Positions 10,133-20,121 of a DNA stretch of 64,000 nucleotides are shown here, piece by piece. The DNA is from Candidatus Nomurabacteria bacterium (lineage in GTDB: Bacteria > Patescibacteriota > Minisyncoccia > Phycocordibacterales > JAACPR01). The stretch is from NCBI GenBank assembly GCA_020632215.1, contig JACKFZ010000005.1, positions 21,128 to 85,127 of the forward strand. The letters are read 5' to 3'. How positions within the stretch are numbered: position 1 is the first letter of the stretch; every line of letters starts with the position of its first letter. The translations under genes and the position numbers were made by a program. The notes under the pieces were generated by a model that was not told the DNA's origin, did no database searches, and worked only from the letters and a program-made list of their open reading frames with translations.

Positions 10133-10369
10133 GGCTATAGATTTCTAGTTGTTGAGGGTTTTAGTTGAAAAGTGAATGAGCAAACTGCTCTAAAGTCTCA
10201 GATTAGCATTTCAAATGTAAAAAAGCAATTAAGATAAAGCTCGTTGAAAACTACTCTAGTTAAAGCTTGGAATTCGTGGAAGCAAGTGAGATCCTCTGTC
10301 AGGCCCAGGACAGAGATGTCTTTTGTAATTTAATCTTTAGAATTTGTTTCGGATTTCGTGCTTTATTTA

Positions 10370-12085
10370 TTACATTTTACTGGGCACAGGAATTCCTAAA
10401 ATATATAATCCGTTTTTAATAATAGTAGCCACTGCATGAGTAATAACAACTCTATAAGCAGAATGTTCATCATTTTCATCAACAATCTTTTGATTGCCAT
10501 AAAAGCTGTTAAATTCAGCTGATACTTCTATCAAATATTTCACTAATTTTTGCGGTCCCCTGTCCTCAAAAGAATCTTTAATAACTTCTGGCATTTGATA
10601 AAGTATTTTTTCTAAATTTGTAACTTGCCAATCACTTGGTTGTTTTACATTCAGGTCAACTAAACTTAACCCTTTGGCTTTTTCTAAAACAGAAAGAGCT
10701 CTAGTATGTGTGTATTGCAAATATGGACCAGAGTCACCTTCAAATGAAATAGATTTTTCAAAATCAAAGACAATATTCTTTCCTGGAGTTTGTTTTAAAA
10801 TTGAATATTTGATTGCTCCAACTGTCACCGCTAAAGCCACTAGATCTTTAAAGTCTTCATCGAAATCCCTTCCAGACATTTTCTCTTTCACTTTCTTAAC
10901 AACATCAGCTATCAATGAGGAAGCGGTGATGACATTTCCTAAACGAGAACTCATTTTGCCAGAAGATAGTTGTAACAAACCAAAAGTAATGTGTTCTGTC
11001 TTCTCTCTTATCTCAGGCATCATTTCTTCCATAGCAGCAAAAACTACTTTGAAATATTCCTTTTGCTCATTGGCTGTGATAATAACAGATTTGTCATAAT
11101 CAAACTTATCATCCTTCATTCTAGCTAAGCCGAGATCTTTGGCTTCATAAGTTGGTAAACCCTCTGATGTGAGAAAAACTCTGGTATGAAGACCCTTTTT
11201 TTCTCCTTTATAAACAATAGCTTCTTCACTTTTTTCAAAAATTCCCTTCTCCAAACCTTCTTCTACTATTTTCTTCCCGATATCAGCTGTTTCGCTTTCA
11301 AACAAATAATAGTCAAAAGTAGTTCCTAGAACTCGATATAGAATTTCAAAAGACTGCAGACTCCACTCTTTTCCTTTTTTATATAATTCATTCAGTTCGT
11401 TGTCTGATTTGGCAAAAAGCTTTTTGTTTATCTCTACAATCTCATTCTTAGCCTCTTCATCTTTTTCATACTGAGAAGCTCCAAAAGAATATGACGAACC
11501 TAGAAAATCTACTTTCTCTGTTAAAGAGTCATCATCCTTTGGTAAAGCTGATAGGTTTTGTTTCATCCCCCAAATAGCCTTGGCAACATGCAATCCAATA
11601 TCTCCTTGATAGTTTGCTCTCTTTACCTCTGCCCCGTTAGCTTCTGCTAACCTAGCCAATGCTTCACCAATCGCATTGGGCATCAAGTGACCAATATGAA
11701 AAGACTTAAATGGATTGAGATCTGTATATTCAAAAATAATTTTCTGATCTTTCAAACGAGTGTTTTTCCCATATTCATTTTCTTCATTCACCACTCTCTT
11801 CAGTGCATTTTCAAAAAACTTTTTAGATAAAAAGAAATTCAGAAAACCTGGACCGGCTATTTCTACCTTTTCAATTGTCTCGGGTAAATTATTTTCTAAC
11901 TCAGCCTTGATATCGCTAGCTAATTCTTGAGGATTTTTACCTGCTTCTTTAGCACCAACAATAGCAACATTGACTGCATAATCACCATGAGAAAAATCAG
12001 TGGGATGCTCAATTGTAAACTCAATCTGTGATAGATTTAGGTTTTTTAAAGCGTTCTTTATCAGTTTTTTTATCTCTTCTTTCAT
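10370..12085 (-). CDS. argS: arginyl-tRNA synthetase
   Basis: HIGH-region FHIGHLMPNAIGEALARL and ArgRS-wide similarity. The track start (12124) adds 13 residues, MTTFYILHTIYSS, encoded by the TGTAGAA heptamer repeat; the likely real start is MKEEIKK at 12085. Confidence 0.9.
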   Translation of the reverse strand: MKEEIKKLIKNALKNLNLSQIEFTIEHPTDFSHGDYAVNVAIVGAKEAGKNPQELASDIKAELENNLPETIEKVEIAGPGFLNFFLSKKFFENALKRVVNEENEYGKNTRLKDQKIIFEYTDLNPFKSFHIGHLMPNAIGEALARLAEANGAEVKRANYQGDIGLHVAKAIWGMKQNLSALPKDDDSLTEKVDFLGSSYSFGASQYEKDEEAKNEIVEINKKLFAKSDNELNELYKKGKEWSLQSFEILYRVLGTTFDYYLFESETADIGKKIVEEGLEKGIFEKSEEAIVYKGEKKGLHTRVFLTSEGLPTYEAKDLGLARMKDDKFDYDKSVIITANEQKEYFKVVFAAMEEMMPEIREKTEHITFGLLQLSSGKMSSRLGNVITASSLIADVVKKVKEKMSGRDFDEDFKDLVALAVTVGAIKYSILKQTPGKNIVFDFEKSISFEGDSGPYLQYTHTRALSVLEKAKGLSLVDLNVKQPSDWQVTNLEKILYQMPEVIKDSFEDRGPQKLVKYLIEVSAEFNSFYGNQKIVDENDEHSAYRVVITHAVATIIKNGLYILGIPVPSKM

Positions 12086-12147
12086 TGATGAGTATATAGT
12101 ATGTAGAATGTAGAATGTAGTCAATGGATGAGTATGTAGAATGTAGT

Positions 12148-12242
<95 letters not shown>

Positions 12243-12364
12243 AAAGATTATACTCATTGTCTATCTAATCACTAACCACCAGAAACTGATCACTAATATT
12301 GAAACAAAAAGATGAGGCGGTCGCGTCGTGGACGCGAGCCGCCAATAAGAGAGAGCTTCGAAAG

Positions 12365-12835
12365 TCAGGGCTCGGTACTGCTCGGTCGACCTTCGTCTTC
12401 GTATTTGGTCTTACGCAGAATCAGGCCGTCACAGATCAGCAAGTTGCCGTGATTAACGATATCTTCGATATCCTCCGCCGTAAGTGCTAGTTGCCAATGG
12501 CGGAGAACCATTTGTTTCGGGTCCCATTCTGGATAGTTTCCCCGAGGGGCTTTTTCCGAAATTTCGACCCAAGCGCCGAGTGATAGCTCGCGGAGGACTT
12601 TCCGAAGATCTTCCGGCTTTTCGCTCATTTGAGGAGCGCCCGCCAGAGCCACGAAGGACAAGTTGTCCTCTCTCAAGGCTTGCGAGACGGTATCCCGCAC
12701 TTGATCTTCCATAAAAGAATTGTCGTTGTATTTTATATTCGCAATGACTATCGCCACAATCGTGAAGGTGACTGCCATGATAACAAGTCCCTCCACCAGT
12801 GTAAGTCCAGAGTTTGTTTTTTTGTTTCCTTTCAT
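12365..12835 (-). CDS. type IV pilin-like / pseudopilin protein
   Basis: N-terminus MKGNKKTNSG|LTLVEGLVIMAVTFTIVAIV is a class III (prepilin) signal with Gly-1 and Glu+5. GC-rich ORF; its leader is shared with the ORF at 21128..21451. Confidence 0.5.
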   Translation of the reverse strand: MKGNKKTNSGLTLVEGLVIMAVTFTIVAIVIANIKYNDNSFMEDQVRDTVSQALREDNLSFVALAGAPQMSEKPEDLRKVLRELSLGAWVEISEKAPRGNYPEWDPKQMVLRHWQLALTAEDIEDIVNHGNLLICDGLILRKTKYEDEGRPSSTEP

Positions 12836-13091
12836 AACTGAATGCGCCTCCTTTCAAGCGCGAAGGGTTGATTGATGAAAAACAGGTTCCGAAAGACTTT
12901 ATGATATTTTTAAATTTATTGCAATCATTGAAAATAATCGCCTAAAGTTGTTCGGGATTTCAGACTCCGTCTAAAACGGATCCGGAATAACAACGATTAT
13001 ATAAAATTTAACCAGATCCTGACCGCGTCTGACGTAGCAAGAAGACAATACTAATTCTAATTACTGACAACTGTCTTCTGATCACTAATCA

Positions 13092-14423
13092 CTAGTAAAT
13101 CCCAAACTTCTGACACAATTCCTTCACTTCTTCCCTAATTTTTTTTAACTCTTCATTACCTTCAATCTTCTTTTGAAAATCTCTTAGGTAAGCAATACGT
13201 TCCTTTTTACCTTCTGGTAAATCAAATTCTGCAATTTGGTCAAAAACTCTTTTTAACCACCCTGCAACAATTTTCATTTCCTCTTCTTTCATTCCACGAG
13301 TTGTCATAATAGGGGTTCCAAGACGAACACCACTTGGATAAAAAGGAGAGCTTGGATCTTTCGGTATAGTATTTTTATTCAAAGTGATACCAGCAACATC
13401 TAAAGCATCTTGAAAAAAGACTCCTCTTCCCTTTCCACAATCAACAAGCATCAGGTGAGTATCAGTTCCTCCACCAATAACTTTCATACCTAAACTAATC
13501 AATTCTTGAGCCAGCGCTTTTGCATTTTTGACAATTTGCTTTGCATAATCTCTGAAGTCCGGTTTCATTGCTTCTGCCAACGCAACACCAATAGCTGCTA
13601 TCTGATGATTGTGTGGGCCTCCTTGCAATTGAGGAAAAATAGCTGAATCTATTTTTTTTGCCAAATCTTCATCTTTTTCCAAACCTTTTTTTGTGACCAT
13701 AATCATTCCTCCTCTTGGACCACGCAAAGTTTTGTGAGTAGTAGTTGTCATGATGTGAACATTATTTACGGGACTTGGATGAGAACCTCCAGCGACCATT
13801 CCTGCGATATGAGCAATATCTGCTGCTAAATATGCTCCGACACTGTCGGCAATTTCTGCAAATTTTTTATAATCTAAAATTTTTGAATAAGCAGAAGTTC
13901 CAACCCAAATCAATTTTGGCTTATTTTCTTTTGCCAATCTCTCTACTTCTTCCATATCAACTTCTCCATCTTCAGTAACATGATATTGAACAGATTTAAA
14001 ATATTTACTTGTAGCACTAGCTGGACTACCGTGCGTTAAGTGACCCCCGTCTGTCAGAGCTTGCCCCATAATAATATCTCCTGGCTGACAGACAGCGGTA
14101 TAAACAGCAAAGTTTGCTGGGCTTCCTGAATATGGTTGCACATTTACATGCTCAACTTCAAAAATCTTTTTTGCCCTCTCTTGAGTTAACTTTTCTATTT
14201 CATCTACAAATTGATTGCCACCATAATATCTTTTTCCCGGATAACCTTCTGAATATTTATTGGTAAAAACACTTCCAAGCGCTTCTAGAACACTTGGAGA
14301 AGTAATGCATTCTGACGGAATTAATTCCAAAGTATATTTTTGTCTGTCTATTTCTTTTAAAATCCAGTCATACATCTCTGGATCTGTCTTTTTTATATTT
14401 TCTAAATGTGATTCAAAATTCAT
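13092..14423 (-). CDS. glyA: serine hydroxymethyltransferase
   Basis: Full-length SHMT similarity (PLP-lysine region HVMTTTTHKTLRGPRGG). Confidence 0.9.
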   Translation of the reverse strand: MNFESHLENIKKTDPEMYDWILKEIDRQKYTLELIPSECITSPSVLEALGSVFTNKYSEGYPGKRYYGGNQFVDEIEKLTQERAKKIFEVEHVNVQPYSGSPANFAVYTAVCQPGDIIMGQALTDGGHLTHGSPASATSKYFKSVQYHVTEDGEVDMEEVERLAKENKPKLIWVGTSAYSKILDYKKFAEIADSVGAYLAADIAHIAGMVAGGSHPSPVNNVHIMTTTTHKTLRGPRGGMIMVTKKGLEKDEDLAKKIDSAIFPQLQGGPHNHQIAAIGVALAEAMKPDFRDYAKQIVKNAKALAQELISLGMKVIGGGTDTHLMLVDCGKGRGVFFQDALDVAGITLNKNTIPKDPSSPFYPSGVRLGTPIMTTRGMKEEEMKIVAGWLKRVFDQIAEFDLPEGKKERIAYLRDFQKKIEGNEELKKIREEVKELCQKFGIY

Positions 14424-14480
14424 GATATTTAAATAGTAAATAGTAAATAGTTAGTAGTTAGTAGTATTTATTAAATCATA

Positions 14481-15458
14481 TTATTTCTTCATAGCTTTAG
14501 TTCTGTCTTTTTCATCAAAACCTCCGGCTACTGTCATCTTGCCTTTTATAAAACCGTGTGGCTCGTAACCTTCAACAGTTACATGTTCTGGTTTAAATGT
14601 TTCCAAACTTGTCACTTCGTCAGAAATGATAAGTTTTGGAAAAGGTTTTGGTTCACGAGTTAACTGTTCTCTGACCTGCTCAACATGATCTTCGTAAATA
14701 TGCGCATCTCCAAAAGTATGGATAAATTCTCCGGGTTCATAGCCACAAATTTTGGCCATAATCATAGTCAAGGCAGAATAACTAGCAATATTAAATGGAA
14801 CTCCTAAAAACATATCTGCACTTCTTTGATAAAGCTGACAAGACAATTTTCCATCAGCAACATTAAAGTGAAATAGAATATGGCAAAGCGGAAATCGTAG
14901 AGCATCTCCCTCCTTCGCCATGGCATAAAGAAATTGAGGATTCCAAGCAGATAATACAGCATGCTTCCTTTCTGGATAATTTTTCAAAGTATCAACAATC
15001 CATGATAATTGATCTATTTTTCTACCGTCAGCTGCTGGCCACGCTCTCCATTGTTCACCATATATTCTCGGCAAGTGTCCGTGTTGTTCTGCAAAGTCAT
15101 CATCACTTCTAACTTTTTCAACAAACTCTTCTAAAGTCATGTCGGGTAACTCCCCTTTTTTAACTTTGTCTTGATAAATCTTGTATGGATAATCGTTCCA
15201 AATAGGCACCTTGTGATCAATAAGGTAACGAATATTAGTCTGGCCTGACATAAACCAGTAGAGTTCGTGCAATATACTATTCCATGCAACTTTCTTTGTA
15301 GTTAATAACGGAAAACCTTTTGATAAATCGTATCGAGTTTGTCTACCAAAAACACTTATCAAGCCATTACCAGTATTGTGATCATGTTTCAAAACACCAT
15401 TGTCTAAAATATCTTTTAACAAATCTAAGTATTGATATTCTGGGTGTCTATTTTCCAT
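14481..15458 (-). CDS. thyA: thymidylate synthase
   Basis: ThyA active-site region PLCHILFHFNV...QLYQRSADMFLGVPFNIASYSALT. Confidence 0.9.
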   Translation of the reverse strand: MENRHPEYQYLDLLKDILDNGVLKHDHNTGNGLISVFGRQTRYDLSKGFPLLTTKKVAWNSILHELYWFMSGQTNIRYLIDHKVPIWNDYPYKIYQDKVKKGELPDMTLEEFVEKVRSDDDFAEQHGHLPRIYGEQWRAWPAADGRKIDQLSWIVDTLKNYPERKHAVLSAWNPQFLYAMAKEGDALRFPLCHILFHFNVADGKLSCQLYQRSADMFLGVPFNIASYSALTMIMAKICGYEPGEFIHTFGDAHIYEDHVEQVREQLTREPKPFPKLIISDEVTSLETFKPEHVTVEGYEPHGFIKGKMTVAGGFDEKDRTKAMKK

Positions 15459-15461
15459 AAG

Positions 15462-16010
15462 CTATTTATCATTTTTATGAGGAACATATGCATTCCAGTT
15501 GTTGTCATGATATCGTCCCGTATCCTTATAATGTTGCTCTGTATCACTCGAAAGAGTTGAGAAGGTGATTTGACCAATAGCCATCTTTGGTCGAAGAATA
15601 ATTGGGATATTGTTTGTATTTGATAGTTCAAAAGCCACATTTAGTCTATGCCCTGGATTGATAATACCTGCAGTGTTGTGAATCATCAGGCCAATTCTTG
15701 CTAGAGAGCTTTTTCCTCCAAGCTGAATGAGGAATTTGTCAGAACCAAAGTAATCATGAGAAAAACCAATAACAGAAAGTCCTGGGTGCAATATGAACTT
15801 TCCATCATCTGGAATTTCTACTTCTCTCAAGTTTGCAAACTCTTTTTTGACAGGATCAATATAAGCCATATCATGACTGTCATGAAGCATAAATTTATTC
15901 CCCAGCAAAATATCATAACTAGCTGGTTGTAATCTTTCTTCATCAAAAGGTTCAAGAGTAATGTTCCCTACTTCAACTTCTCTTTTTATATCCTTATCAA
16001 CTAAAAACAT
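15462..16010 (-). CDS. dcd: dCTP deaminase
   Basis: MFLVDKDIK...ITLEPFDEERLQPASYDILLG and the rest match the Dcd/dUTPase fold. Confidence 0.85.
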   Translation of the reverse strand: MFLVDKDIKREVEVGNITLEPFDEERLQPASYDILLGNKFMLHDSHDMAYIDPVKKEFANLREVEIPDDGKFILHPGLSVIGFSHDYFGSDKFLIQLGGKSSLARIGLMIHNTAGIINPGHRLNVAFELSNTNNIPIILRPKMAIGQITFSTLSSDTEQHYKDTGRYHDNNWNAYVPHKNDK

Positions 16011-16014
16011 AAGC

Positions 16015-16689
16015 TTATTCTATATTAAATACTTTATCAGTGCCGTAATAATCTCTCCAATTTTTATTATAAAAATCAAACATTCTCTCTAATCTATCTT
16101 GCATCAACTCAACTACTCCGAATTCATTCATCAAGTCATTCAGCATTTTCTTTTCTTCTTCTACTGTCTCATCAGAATCAACAACTGTCTCAAATTCCGC
16201 TAAATATCCATAACCTGAATTTTTATCAATAGTAACATTAACTTCATCGTTGAGTTTGTATTCTTCCCTTTCTCTGGACCACTTAGCTTGATATTCCAAT
16301 CCGTTTTCTAAAAGAAGTTTATCTAAATCATCTAAAGTCATACCAACTTCATCTTCGAATTCCATTCGGGAAACAGCGTTGGAGCTAGTGCCTTCATCAA
16401 TAGACGCCTTTATAACTAAAATCACTTTCCCGTCAGCATCGCGAGTTCTAATAGAAAAATCTTTTCCGTCTGTAAGAATTTTTTTGAAATAATCTTTCTG
16501 TAATTCAGAAACATGTGGTTCTAGTCCATTTTTAAATTTTTCTAAATCATTAATAACAAAATAGTGATTGAGTTGTTTGTGCTGACTTTTTAAAGTAGCG
16601 CCTTTAGCGAGCAACTTATCTCGCAAATTATCAGCATTTTCTTTCTCCCCGAGTAAGCTTTTTATTTCTATTTCAAATTGAGATGACAT
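16015..16689 (-). CDS. CYTH-domain (triphosphate tunnel metalloenzyme) protein
   Basis: N-terminal EIEIK (ExExK) motif followed by IRTRD...K...R.E.E, the CYTH pattern. Confidence 0.45.
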   Translation of the reverse strand: MSSQFEIEIKSLLGEKENADNLRDKLLAKGATLKSQHKQLNHYFVINDLEKFKNGLEPHVSELQKDYFKKILTDGKDFSIRTRDADGKVILVIKASIDEGTSSNAVSRMEFEDEVGMTLDDLDKLLLENGLEYQAKWSREREEYKLNDEVNVTIDKNSGYGYLAEFETVVDSDETVEEEKKMLNDLMNEFGVVELMQDRLERMFDFYNKNWRDYYGTDKVFNIE

Positions 16690-16749
16690 ATTCGTTTTCA
16701 GTGAAAATTAATATGTGTAGTATACTAAAATGATTACAAAATATCAGCG

Positions 16750-17265
16750 TTGACAAATAGTGGAAAAATTATGAAAAAGCCAATGATAAGTGCCATAGCA
16801 GCTATAGGTGCCCAAAATAGAGTTTTGGGTAAAAATAACACACTTTTGTGGCATATTCCTGAGGATATGAAGCATTTTAGAGACATAACCAAAGGTCATG
16901 CTGTCATTATGGGAGGTAACACATTCGCTTCTTTAAATAATAAACCTTTACCTAACCGAGTAAATATAGTTGTGACCAAAGATGAAAACTTTGTCGCGGA
17001 AGAAGTTTATGTAGCCCATTCAATAGAAGAAGCTATTGAAATTGCCAAGCAACACGAAACAGAAGAAATTTTTAATATCGGTGGAGGACAAATCTATACC
17101 ATTGGCCTTCCCTACGCTGACCGTCTTTATCTGACACTAATAGATACAGACATAGAAGGTGATGTCTATTTCCCAGAATATGAAAAAGATTTTACAAAAG
17201 TTGTTTCAAAAGTAAATTCCCAAGATAAAAATTTTAAATATCAGTTTGTTGTGTTGGAGCGGTAG
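16750..17265 (+). CDS. folA: dihydrofolate reductase
   Basis: ISAIAAIGAQNRVLGKNNTLLWHIPEDMKHFRDITKGHAVIMGGNTF is the DHFR signature. Confidence 0.85.
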   Translation: MTNSGKIMKKPMISAIAAIGAQNRVLGKNNTLLWHIPEDMKHFRDITKGHAVIMGGNTFASLNNKPLPNRVNIVVTKDENFVAEEVYVAHSIEEAIEIAKQHETEEIFNIGGGQIYTIGLPYADRLYLTLIDTDIEGDVYFPEYEKDFTKVVSKVNSQDKNFKYQFVVLER

Positions 17266-18017
17266 TTTGGTAACTTTGTATTGTCAATATCTTTCGAAGA
17301 AAAATTTACAAAAATTCCTCTTGTTACTGGTTTGGAATTCTCATCGGATTCTGTTCGTATCAAAAAACCTCTTCGCTTTTGAGTATCCATAACAAATGTA
17401 TCAGTTCCTTTACCAATCTTTGGCCCACCAACAACCTGAGGATAAAAATCCAATACGCTTTTGACCAAACTTGAAACAAAAGAAATTGATCTTCTATAAT
17501 TATTCTCTGGGTCCCCTATTTCTTTTCTCTCATCATCACTGATTTGTATATTGTTACCACCAAAGATTACAGAATCAATGGTTCCTTCATTACACCTGTC
17601 CCTCATTTCTTCTAATACACTTATAAGATCATCTCTAAAATCTGTACTATCTAAATTCAAGAAGTCTGTATTATATTGATGCGATATGAAAGAAATTTCT
17701 CTACCTGTTTTTTTATCAATTCCTAAAACAACAAGACCTGTGCAATTAGAATATCTGTCAGAATATTTAGCATTCTCATTTATTCCAGAAATAGCATACC
17801 CCCGTCTCCTAACTCCAGTTTCAGCTTCTCCTTGTGTTTCGTAATAATCAACACTTTCAAGATAAGTATCTCCATCAACAAAATGTTGATTTTGGATAGT
17901 CTTTGCATCATTGAAATGTTCATCCATAGTCCCAACAGAAACAATGATCGGATTAACTCCCTCTTTCAGATGCTCAAACCCCTCTTCATTCCTGTAATCA
18001 AATTTATCTAAATTCAT
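17241..18017 (-). CDS. hypothetical protein
   Basis: 258-aa ORF with no recognisable motif. Confidence 0.4.
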   Translation of the reverse strand: MNLDKFDYRNEEGFEHLKEGVNPIIVSVGTMDEHFNDAKTIQNQHFVDGDTYLESVDYYETQGEAETGVRRRGYAISGINENAKYSDRYSNCTGLVVLGIDKKTGREISFISHQYNTDFLNLDSTDFRDDLISVLEEMRDRCNEGTIDSVIFGGNNIQISDDERKEIGDPENNYRRSISFVSSLVKSVLDFYPQVVGGPKIGKGTDTFVMDTQKRRGFLIRTESDENSKPVTRGIFVNFSSKDIDNTKLPNYRSNTTN

Positions 18018-18118
18018 ATGTAGACCATTATGCTATAAATTATAAAAATAAAAAGTTTGACAACTATTTTAAAAAGATAGGCTGGAAGAAAACAGTTCAA
18101 CTCACAACCCATCACAGG

Positions 18119-18541
18119 ATGGCAGAAGACACTAATTTTCATATTGTACCACAACAAATTGTTGGTATTGGTAACCAAGTGAATGGACACAATCAAGTAG
18201 GAATCATCCTTCACCATCACAGAGATTACCTTGAATTGCTCGGTATCAACGCTAGAAAATTGGAGGCTCAAGAATTATTCTTCTTCACGAGAAGTCTTGG
18301 AGAAACAACCTTCCCGCATGTACTGCTGGCCAACAGCATGATGAAAATTCATGTTCGCATTTGGCTTCCAAGGCACGATGAGACCAAAATGCTCATGGAT
18401 GGTCAGATCTCTGTCCAAGGTAAAGTAACGGCAAAGATGGCTCCATCAGAAATGGTCCTGTGTACCCTTGATAGCACACCGGTCAAAATACCAGATTGGA
18501 TTCGAGACATCATCGGTAGAGACACACCAGACGATATCTGA
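18119..18541 (+). CDS. hypothetical protein (GC-rich island)
   Basis: 140-aa ORF followed by the terminator cccacggaccgcttcggcgagttcgtgttttt. Confidence 0.35.
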   Translation: MAEDTNFHIVPQQIVGIGNQVNGHNQVGIILHHHRDYLELLGINARKLEAQELFFFTRSLGETTFPHVLLANSMMKIHVRIWLPRHDETKMLMDGQISVQGKVTAKMAPSEMVLCTLDSTPVKIPDWIRDIIGRDTPDDI

Positions 18542-18653
18542 TTTCACAATTTCTTCAACCCCACGGACCGCTTCGGCGAGTTCGTGTTTTTATTTGACAA
18601 CTATTTGAAAGATAATATTCTTAGAAATAGAAGAACTCTAACCCGCACCGAAA

Positions 18654-19007
18654 ATGGACATAGCACTAAGACTCATCCAGTTCAATGAAAACCACCCTTT
18701 AAAACCAGATGGAAAAGTAAGGGCTCTTGTCTTTATCTCGACAGGAGGAGGCATGGATCTTTCTGTAGAAGAAGTCAAAAAAATGGCAGATGAAATTAAG
18801 TTTGCCTTCCCTGACTGTCATATTGATGAAGAAAGTATGCATGTTGGTATGACGACCCCGAACTTCTCAGGGCCAAATGAACCAGATCCTTTCTTTTGTT
18901 ATCGAGGTGTGTACACCTATATCACCATAAACCGAGACAGGAGACCAGAAGGATGGACAGTCTCTGTCAAAGGAAGAAATTCCCCATATGAACGGCTGGA
19001 AATCTAA
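18654..19007 (+). CDS. hypothetical protein (GC-rich island)
   Basis: 117-aa ORF followed by a second identical copy of the same terminator. Confidence 0.35.
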   Translation: MDIALRLIQFNENHPLKPDGKVRALVFISTGGGMDLSVEEVKKMADEIKFAFPDCHIDEESMHVGMTTPNFSGPNEPDPFFCYRGVYTYITINRDRRPEGWTVSVKGRNSPYERLEI

Positions 19008-19510
19008 CCATTTCCTCGCCCCCCCACGGACCGCTTCGGCGAGTTCGTGTTTTTTATTTCATATTTTCTTCACACTTTTTAAGTTTTCTTTATTAAAACT
19101 TTAACTTTTTTTGTATGTTTTTTGAGAATAGATTTGTTAGAATTTTCAATAGCCCAGAACCAAAGCATAGCTTGGTTCTGGATTAGTCCCGAACCGAACA
19201 AAGTTCTGGTTCGGGAGTGGTAAGCGGTAAGCCCCCACCCAAAAGGGCGGGAATTTTAATAAAATTTTTTGAGATTTATTTAGATAAAAAGATATTTTGT
19301 GAAAATAGCACCCCAAACATGTACCTTATGCCTGTTTTTTGTTTAAAATTATCGTCTTCCTAAACACAAGCACTTGGTGTGCTAAGTGCTTGTGTTTTTC
19401 AGAATCTTAGTAAATTACAGCTAAATCTAACCAGATTCTGAATGTCACAAAACCCCGCACTATTACAGCGCGGGGCTTCGTTCTTTCAGGAAGATGTGGT
19501 TTTTGAAAAT

Positions 19511-19933
19511 TTACTTTATCTCCACTCCCATTGATCTAGCAGATCCTTCCATAATTTTCATTGCTGCTTCAACATCATTAGCGTTCAGATCTTCCATTTT
19601 TTCTTCAGCTACTTGTTGTAATTGTGCTTTTGTAATAGAGCCAACTTTCTTTGAAGCGTTTTTACCAGAACCTTTCTGAATACCAGCTGCCTTCATTATC
19701 AAATAAGAAGCTGGGGCCTTTTTATACTCTAAACTGAAGCTTCTGTCCTCGTAAACTGTAACTACTACAGGTACAATTTCACCCATACGATCTCTGGTTT
19801 CTTCATTGAATCTAGTTGTGAATTCCCCAATGTTAATACCAGCTTGTCCAAGAGATGGTCCAAGAGGAGGAGCAGGAGTTGCCTTCCCCGCTGGTACTTG
19901 TAGTTTCATCATTTTTAATACTTTCTTTGCCAT
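19511..19933 (-). CDS. rplK: 50S ribosomal protein L11
   Basis: [35 protein letters not shown]... Confidence 0.9.
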   Translation of the reverse strand: MAKKVLKMMKLQVPAGKATPAPPLGPSLGQAGINIGEFTTRFNEETRDRMGEIVPVVVTVYEDRSFSLEYKKAPASYLIMKAAGIQKGSGKNASKKVGSITKAQLQQVAEEKMEDLNANDVEAAMKIMEGSARSMGVEIK

Positions 19934-20121
19934 AATTTTTCTTTATATATAAATAGAAGCATTTATACGTAACAGTAGCAATAAGTTACTTTAAATTTGA
20001 GGTGTTGTCAAACAGATTCTGAAAAACACAAGCACTTGGTGTGCTAAGTGTTCGAGTTCAGAATGATGGAAAATGCCTAAAGTTGTTCGGGATTCCAGAC
20101 CAAGTCTGGAATGACGATTAT

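Noticed and set aside
12086-12124. N-terminal 13 residues of the argS track ORF (MTTFYILHTIYSS)
   Set aside because: Encoded by the TGTAGAA heptamer repeat; ArgRS homology begins at MKEEIKK.
19130-19215. An additional tRNA gene in the hairpin-rich region downstream of rplK
   Set aside because: No T-loop (GTTCRANYC) or consistent cloverleaf; these are simple hairpins.
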